From NCBI GenBank assembly GCA_965213705.1, contig OZ243913.1:2560001-2624000 (forward strand): 64,000 bases of DNA, read 5' to 3'. How positions within the stretch are numbered: the stretch's first letter is position 1; every line of letters begins with the position of its first letter. Made by a program: the position numbers and the translations under genes. Shown here in pieces: positions 56,230 to 64,000 of this stretch. The notes under the pieces are model-generated. The model was not told the origin of the DNA and did not search any database. It saw only the letters and a list, made by a program, of their open reading frames with translations. This DNA is from Trueperaceae bacterium. Lineage in GTDB: Bacteria; Deinococcota; Deinococci; Deinococcales; Trueperaceae.

Positions 56230-56337
56230 TTAACGGTTGGTTGAGGTGAACGGGACGAGGTCTTCAGGCGACGGTTTTCAGCTCGAGCCAAAAACGGACG
56301 ACCGAAGTTTGACGACTCCGGCTGCGGCCTGAACCGC

Positions 56338-56376
56338 CTAGAACATTCGAGTTGTTGAGAAGTACCTGCGCTTCAT
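56338..56376 (-). CDS. Putative uORF MKRRYFSTTRMF behind the SAM-I riboswitch
   Basis: AAGGAGG-CATT-ATG ... ATG TTC TAG. Confidence 0.55.
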   Translation of the reverse strand: MKRRYFSTTRMF

Positions 56377-56384
56377 AATGCCTC

Positions 56385-56505
56385 CTTATCTGTCCGAAAA
56401 GCCTGCTATCGTCAGCTCAGCTCTCGGCTGGAGGTAGCACCCGCTTACATGAAAGCTGGTTGCTGCAGCGTCTCGGGGCCAGGTCCCTCGGCTGCTCTCG
56501 ATAAG
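56385..56505 (-). promoter_or_regulatory. SAM-I riboswitch
   Basis: CTTATCGAGAG..GAGGGA.CTGGCCC.GA...GCAACC...GGTGCTA..TCC...AGATAAG upstream of the met genes. Confidence 0.93.
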
Positions 56506-56830
56506 TCCCGCAGCGAGCGGGGTCGGTTAAGAGTAAACCACACTTTTCTCGCTCACGCAAGCACGGGGCGACCGGACTCCGGAACCGCCACTCCGGCTCG
56601 ACGGCTTTTTGCCAAGCAACTTTTTAGCTTCGGTCACGTCCCCGAGTTGCTTTTCTCGACTCACGCAACGAACACCACCGCGAACCCAACAGCCGGGCGC
56701 TCGGTATGTTCGGCACGGCGGCAACGCTTTGACAAGTGAACACTAAGAAAAACGGGGCGCTCGAGCTAAGCTTTGCCGTGATAACAACCTCACACCTCGG
56801 TTCGGCGTCAGGTTTTATGCTGGTTGCCTG

Positions 56831-57256
56831 ATGCGCAGCTTTTTGCAGTTCGCCGTCTTTATGGCAGTTATTTTTTTTGTCGTGGGGGAACTTTTGGGCG
56901 GCTGGTACTTGGGCGTGCCACCGCAAACGCCGGTGCTTCTTTACAAGAAAACGACGACAACCACACTTACCCGGCGAGCGTTGCTAGGCCAGCAATTTCC
57001 CTTCGCCATCGAAGGCCGCTTGAGCCGGGGGACGCTTCTTGTCGAGGGCATCTACGAGCGCCCTGAGAGTTTTCAAAACCAGAGCCAACAAGTCAAAGCG
57101 CCCAAGGTCTACTTCACCGAATCCTTCAACAAGGGTGAGCGTATCGCTATAAACGAAGTTTTGAAACAGGGTCCAGGTGTCTACACGTTGCGGTTCACCT
57201 ACGACGATGCTAGTGGCACGTTGCGTATCGATGTCCCCGCCAACAACGAGTTGTAA
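56831..57256 (+). CDS. Hypothetical protein with N-terminal TM anchor
   Basis: Hydrophobic N-terminus; beta-rich remainder. Confidence 0.7.
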   Translation: MRSFLQFAVFMAVIFFVVGELLGGWYLGVPPQTPVLLYKKTTTTTLTRRALLGQQFPFAIEGRLSRGTLLVEGIYERPESFQNQSQQVKAPKVYFTESFNKGERIAINEVLKQGPGVYTLRFTYDDASGTLRIDVPANNEL

Positions 57257-57309
57257 GTTGGACGCGCCCTTGCGTAGCCGACACACAGCTTAAAAGCGGC
57301 GTTTCTACC

Positions 57310-57338
57310 TTGACACGTCCCCGCGCAGCCGGTATCAT
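57310..57338 (+). promoter_or_regulatory. tRNA-Ala promoter
   Basis: TTGACA-N17-TATCAT. Confidence 0.75.
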
Positions 57339-57349
57339 CTTGTTCGCTC

Positions 57350-57425
57350 GGGGCCTTAGCTCAGCTGGGAGAGCGCCTGCTTTGCAAGCAGGATGTCATC
57401 AGTTCGAATCTGATAGGCTCCACCA
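57350..57425 (+). tRNA. tRNA-Ala(TGC)
   Basis: GGGGCCTTAGCTCAGCTGGGAGAGCGCCTGCTTTGCAAGCAGG...TTCGAAT...GGCTCCACCA. Confidence 0.97.
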
Positions 57426-57436
57426 CACAAACGACC

Positions 57437-57469
57437 AAGACCGGCCTCACACACCGAGGCCGGTCTTTT
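57437..57469 (+). terminator. Terminator after tRNA-Ala
   Basis: AAGACCGGCCTC...GAGGCCGGTCTTTT. Confidence 0.8.
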
Positions 57470-57483
57470 CGCAAAGAGCCCGC

Positions 57484-58131
57484 TCACGCGTCAGCGGTCA
57501 TCCCCGAGAGCACACGCCCGGCCGCCTCGAGTTCGTCCTCGACAATCGTGTGACCCAGCCCAGGATAAATCTCCTCGGTAACCGTTGCGCCTAGACCCTT
57601 CAAGATGCGCGTCGTCGCTTGCACACGTTCCAAGGGAATATGCGGGTCGACGTCGCTACAGCCGACGAACACGGGTGTACCGGCAAGCGAACCCGAATAC
57701 GCCTCGGCAGAAACGGTCGGCCCCGCCCCTATCAAACCGCCGCTGAAAACGAGCAGGCCGCCGTAGCGCGTGGGGTTGCGCGCCGCGAACTCGCTCGCCA
57801 AGCACGCCCCTTGCGAAAAACCGCCGAGGACGACGCGCTCTTTGGGAATGCCCGCCTCGCCGATACGTTGCATGAGAACGCCGACGGTGTTCAGCGCCGA
57901 ACTCAAAAAGGTCTCATTTTGCTCTTTCGGCGCGGTGAAGCGCTGCGGGTACCAAGCGAAATCCTTGGCCTGTGGCGCGAGGACGGCGAAGTCGGACAGC
58001 CCCAGAGCTTCGCCGAGTGGCAAAATGCTCTCGGCCGTCGCGCCGCGCCCGTGGAGCAAGACGAGGGCGGCTCGAGCTTCGGCGAGGGGTTTGCCCGCAG
58101 TGTGAAGCTTTTGCGTTTCGTGAATCGTCAC
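57484..58131 (-). CDS. Phospholipase/carboxylesterase (alpha/beta hydrolase)
   Basis: LHGRG, GFSQG, DPHIP, GH. Confidence 0.9.
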   Translation of the reverse strand: MTIHETQKLHTAGKPLAEARAALVLLHGRGATAESILPLGEALGLSDFAVLAPQAKDFAWYPQRFTAPKEQNETFLSSALNTVGVLMQRIGEAGIPKERVVLGGFSQGACLASEFAARNPTRYGGLLVFSGGLIGAGPTVSAEAYSGSLAGTPVFVGCSDVDPHIPLERVQATTRILKGLGATVTEEIYPGLGHTIVEDELEAAGRVLSGMTADA

Positions 58132-59102
58132 GCCCCGACCTCGTTGCGCCGCGGCAGCTCGAGCCCCGGCAGGGCCGCTTCGATCTGCGCCCGGTGGGGC
58201 TCCAACCAGGGCGGCAGGATGAGGCGTTCGCCGAGCGTCGCCACGTCCTCGTCCACACCGAAACCCGGCCCCTTCGTCGCCAGTTCGAACAGCACCCCGC
58301 CGGGCTCGGAAAAGTACACCGACTTAAACCAAAAGCGGTCGATGATGTCGGTCGGGCGGCGGCCGGCGGCGGCGATGCGCTCGCGCACCGCCAGCTCGTG
58401 CGCGGGGTCCTCGACCGTCCAGGCGAGGTGATGCACGCCGCCCACGCCCCACTGCCCGCGGCGACCGGCGGGGTCTTCGGCAAGCTCGAGCACCCGCCCC
58501 GAACCGCCGACCCGGCCGTCCGTAGCGGGCAAACCATAGCGGTGCCAGCCGTCTTCTTCAGCGAGTCTTTGAAAGCCTAGGGTCTCGGTGATGAAGTGTT
58601 CGGTGGCGGCCAGGTCGCGCTCCACGACCCGCGCCCCGTGCAACCCCAAAATCTGCTTGTGGGCAGGCACGGGACTGTCTTGCCAGGGTGTGAACACCCG
58701 CTCGTCGCTCGTCTCGACGAGGGCCAAATTGAGGCCGTGCGGGTCGCGCAGCGTCAAGGTTCGCTCGCCGAAGCGCGTTGTGAGTGCGTCCGCATCTACG
58801 TCGAAGTCAGCCAACCGCGCCGCCCAATCGTCCAGACTTCCAACCGGCACCGCGAGCTGCACCTCGCTCGTCAGACCGACGCCGGGCCGCGCCCGCTCCA
58901 TGTGCGCCCACGGGAAAAAAGTGAGGTCGGTGCCGGGATGGCCGGCCCCGTCGGCGTAGAACAGGTGGTACGTCGTCGGGTCGTCCTGGTTGACGCTGCG
59001 TTTGACGAGCCTCATGCCGAGGACGTGGTTGTAGAAGTCTAAGTTTTCTTGGGCATCGCCCGCGATGGCGGTGACGTGGTGTAGGCCTTGGATGTGGTTC
59101 AT
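58128..59102 (-). CDS. Ring-cleaving dioxygenase (MhqO-like VOC)
   Basis: GLHHVT, NQDDP..YHLFY, GGVHHLAW, DRFWFKSVYF..FELAT. Confidence 0.92.
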   Translation of the reverse strand: MNHIQGLHHVTAIAGDAQENLDFYNHVLGMRLVKRSVNQDDPTTYHLFYADGAGHPGTDLTFFPWAHMERARPGVGLTSEVQLAVPVGSLDDWAARLADFDVDADALTTRFGERTLTLRDPHGLNLALVETSDERVFTPWQDSPVPAHKQILGLHGARVVERDLAATEHFITETLGFQRLAEEDGWHRYGLPATDGRVGGSGRVLELAEDPAGRRGQWGVGGVHHLAWTVEDPAHELAVRERIAAAGRRPTDIIDRFWFKSVYFSEPGGVLFELATKGPGFGVDEDVATLGERLILPPWLEPHRAQIEAALPGLELPRRNEVGA

Positions 59103-59213
59103 GGTGCGCTCCTTATAAGGTTTTAAGGTTTAAGGTTGCCACTGGACTCAACCAGTTTCAAAACTCCAAACCGCTTTGTTCCGAGTGTAGCGCAGCCCAA
59201 CGAAAAACCTCCG

Positions 59214-59798
59214 ATGTGCAAGACTGGCACTGTGACCGGACCGGTGCGCCATTACCTGTTGTTCGCTCCGAGTTTGCTGCTCGGTTTTGTCGGCGTGGTC
59301 TGGCTTCAGTTCAGACCTTTGGGGCTCGAGCCCAAAGTCGACTTGACGGGCGGTTTGCTCACCGCGGCCCTACTCGTCATCGTCCTGCTCGGCGGCGCGT
59401 GGCTGTTGGACAAGACGTTGCCCTCGTTTCGCTACGCTTCCAAACTCATGGAGAGGGCGCTCGCCTCCGTCCCCTTGTCCCCTCCGCTCATCTTTCTACT
59501 TGCCGCCGCGTCGGCGACAGCCGAAGAACTCTTTTTTCGCGGGGCGCTGCTGCCGCTCGTCACGGTTTGGGGCCAGGCGCTCCTGTTCGGGCTGATGCAC
59601 CCGGCGACGCGCAAGGGCTGGAGTTACACGGCCTACACCTTCGTCGCAGGGCTGGCTTTCGGCTACGCGACGCTGTTCACGGGCAGCTTGTGGCCCGCCG
59701 TCGCGGCGCACTTCGTTATAAATTTCCAAGGTTTTTGGGAGGTCAGGCGGCAGCAGAGAAAGCGGCGCAGGGGCTCGAGCCCTGAGCCAATTCAGTAA
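59214..59798 (+). CDS. CPBP/Abi intramembrane metalloprotease
   Basis: EELFFRG, FGLMH, AAHFVIN. Confidence 0.85.
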   Translation: MCKTGTVTGPVRHYLLFAPSLLLGFVGVVWLQFRPLGLEPKVDLTGGLLTAALLVIVLLGGAWLLDKTLPSFRYASKLMERALASVPLSPPLIFLLAAASATAEELFFRGALLPLVTVWGQALLFGLMHPATRKGWSYTAYTFVAGLAFGYATLFTGSLWPAVAAHFVINFQGFWEVRRQQRKRRRGSSPEPIQ

Positions 59799-59819
59799 GC
59801 GGCGGGGCATAACCTGAAT

Positions 59820-60347
59820 CTAGCCCAACTGTAGTTCAGTTACTTTTTCGGTGAGACCGCCATAGGGCGGATAACTGTAAATCTCGCGTATGTTCTTGCT
59901 GATTTTCACGTCGGAGTTGTGGCGGTAGGCATGTTCGACAATCGCTCGGTTCAGGCGCTTGTGGTTGGCGAACTGTCCACTCCTTATGACCAAGCTTTCA
60001 TCCTCGTGAAAAATTAAGAGGTTCGTCCGACCAAAAAATCCCAACGCGACATCTACTTCAGTTATATATTCCCACGCGACAACTTGTTTCTTTCTCCATT
60101 TTGTTGCAACCAGCGCATCCGGTGAGACTTCGTAACTTTGAGTGGCCTTGTCTCCGAATAACCACATCATTATGACTGCCACGAAGAGGGAGCTTGAAAC
60201 AAGCCAGAAAACGTACCAGAACGACGCGTCGCTCGTCAGCCAGTAAAACGCCTGCCAAACCTGAAAACCTCCCACTGCAAGAAAAAAGGTCAGGCCGAGG
60301 TACTGAGGCCAAGCGCGACTCGCTTTTAGAGATTGGGGCGTTTTCAT
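59820..60347 (-). CDS. Hypothetical membrane protein (lower GC)
   Basis: Two TM segments followed by a soluble domain. Confidence 0.65.
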   Translation of the reverse strand: MKTPQSLKASRAWPQYLGLTFFLAVGGFQVWQAFYWLTSDASFWYVFWLVSSSLFVAVIMMWLFGDKATQSYEVSPDALVATKWRKKQVVAWEYITEVDVALGFFGRTNLLIFHEDESLVIRSGQFANHKRLNRAIVEHAYRHNSDVKISKNIREIYSYPPYGGLTEKVTELQLG

Positions 60348-60426
60348 GTTGACAGTATGCGCCTATTTTGAACGCTTTACAAGAGCTTTCTCAGGCCAAA
60401 ACGCCCGCAAGCCCCACCCGACAAGT

Positions 60427-61662
<1,236 letters not shown>

Positions 61663-61681
61663 GGCACCGTCCTTTAGAAAG

Positions 61682-61701
61682 TAGTTAGCAAACCTTAACT
61701 A
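61682..61701. promoter_or_regulatory. Inverted-repeat operator upstream of the P450 (MarR-like)
   Basis: TAGTTA-N8-TAACTA between the -10 and the RBS. Confidence 0.45.
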
Positions 61702-61862
61702 TTTTAGAGTATAGGCGGTTTTGGTGTTTGACAGTGTGAGGTAAGGCGAGTGTGGGGACTCGAGCCCCCTTGAACTTATACTTTTAACCAGCATCAAACT
61801 CGTTTTAGCAGAAAGCAGGTAGGTCATCTTAATTCCCTCCAGTTACATGCTAAAATTACGGT

Positions 61863-62222
61863 ATGCGTTGGAAACTTCAGGATTACCTAGAGCGTCACAA
61901 CCTCAACGCTCACCGTCTCGTCAAGGCGTCCGGTTTGTCGAGCAACACGGTCTATCCCATGACCCGCGGCGAAGCGCAACGCGTGAGTCTCGCCACGCTC
62001 GAGACGGTACTGCTCGCCCTACGCGACCTGACCGGTGAGAGGGTAGCGATAGGTGACTTACTTGAACTCGAGGATACCCGTGCGACCGGCGCACCGTGGG
62101 AAGCTTTGGCGGGACTGTTTGACGCGCCAGGTACGCCGACAGATGGTGCTGAAAATCACGACCGTTACATTGACGAAGCACTGACCGAAGAACACGAAGA
62201 GAGCCTGCAAGGTAGGAGGTGA
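61863..62222 (+). CDS. XRE/Cro HTH antitoxin
   Basis: HTH N-terminus; LAGLF..TDGAENHDRYI VapB-like tail; GTGA overlap. Confidence 0.8.
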   Translation: MRWKLQDYLERHNLNAHRLVKASGLSSNTVYPMTRGEAQRVSLATLETVLLALRDLTGERVAIGDLLELEDTRATGAPWEALAGLFDAPGTPTDGAENHDRYIDEALTEEHEESLQGRR

Positions 62223-62641
62223 ACCGCTTAGTTGTTTACCTCGACACCAGCCCGCTCAAAGGTTTGCTCGACCCGCACGACCAAACTCATCAGCGCTCGC
62301 GTAAACTGTTCGAGCGTGCAACTAAAGAACGTGCGCGTATCCTAACGCCGTATCCGGCTCTGCTCGAGCTGCACCGACTCCTGATGTACCGCAAACCGCC
62401 GCGGAGTGACGCCGCTAAGTTAGCCACCACAGCAGTCAGACGGGTTATGGAAACTTATCCCATTGTCTATCCCACCCAAGAGGATGCTGAGGCTGCCCTA
62501 GCGCTCCTAACGCGCTATGACGACCAGAAGATTACGCTGGCAGACGCCACTATTGCCAATATGGCGGCTCGAGCGGGAGCAACTGTGATGACGCTGGACA
62601 CCCATCACTTCGGGCTTATGGAAGCGGCAGTTTATCAGTAA
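62219..62641 (+). CDS. vapC: PIN-domain toxin
   Basis: YLDTS, LLE, LADA, TLD. Confidence 0.85.
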   Translation: MNRLVVYLDTSPLKGLLDPHDQTHQRSRKLFERATKERARILTPYPALLELHRLLMYRKPPRSDAAKLATTAVRRVMETYPIVYPTQEDAEAALALLTRYDDQKITLADATIANMAARAGATVMTLDTHHFGLMEAAVYQ

Positions 62642-63001
62642 CTAATTTAAATCTTTCAACCGTTTTAACTTGAGGTTTTCCGCGACGGCATCGAGTACAA
62701 CGCTTCCTTCAACATGAACTAAAAATGCCTGTTCAGGGTAACTGTTCACATCCTGGCAACCGTAGCCTAAGGCAGAAAGTGTATCTACAAGCTTTTGGCC
62801 TGTCAAAGTGTTGATGAATACATTAGCAACGAAAGTGGGTTCCATTTCATCAGGCAGGTTTGAAACGCTAAACAACAGGATTCGCTCGAGCCTTACTTCA
62901 AACCAGCCTTCTTCTGAAGAGTAGAGTTTGAGAACGGCGTAGCCTTCAGATGCGAAGTAACCAATCTCCGTGATGTCGGCAGCATCCCATTCCCAACTCA
63001 C
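62642..63001 (-). CDS. Hypothetical protein (lower GC)
   Basis: 119-aa acidic ORF downstream of mrp. Confidence 0.55.
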   Translation of the reverse strand: MSWEWDAADITEIGYFASEGYAVLKLYSSEEGWFEVRLERILLFSVSNLPDEMEPTFVANVFINTLTGQKLVDTLSALGYGCQDVNSYPEQAFLVHVEGSVVLDAVAENLKLKRLKDLN

Positions 63002-63015
63002 GTTAACAAACGCGG

Positions 63016-64000
<985 letters not shown>

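Noticed and set aside
56520..56830. Second riboswitch upstream of SAM-I
   Set aside because: No aptamer consensus recognised; the region is explained by divergent promoters.

Overview
This is a GC-rich bacterial chromosome segment, most likely Deinococcota and Truepera-like. The assignment rests on the LysW-pathway lysK/lysY genes, a tmRNA tag GNNNQSFALAA, and many leaderless TANNNT-N6/7-ATG starts. The housekeeping backbone includes alaS-Cof-ruvX-mltG, rpsB-tsf-pyrH-frr-cdsA, a SAM-I-controlled metY-metY-metX cluster, tmRNA, tRNA-Pro, tRNA-Ala and mrp. It is interspersed with about 8 type II toxin-antitoxin modules (several toxins disabled by point lesions), 2 Uma2 nucleases, a stress gene cluster and a decaying SARP/BTAD-regulated surface-protein locus. 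I saw no CRISPR array, integrase or transposase. The most interesting candidates are: (1) a leaderless Ala-ending leader peptide with terminator upstream of alaS; (2) a SAM-I riboswitch whose P1 helix masks the SD of a 12-codon uORF rather than that of metY; (3) a stand-alone, cysteine-free protein resembling the primase PriL C-terminal domain/PriX; (4) HIP1-like over-representation of CTCGAG; (5) heptamer-periodic intergenic palindromes; (6) a predicted SARP operator repeated with identical geometry at two promoters. All family calls come from reading motifs by eye; no database search was run.
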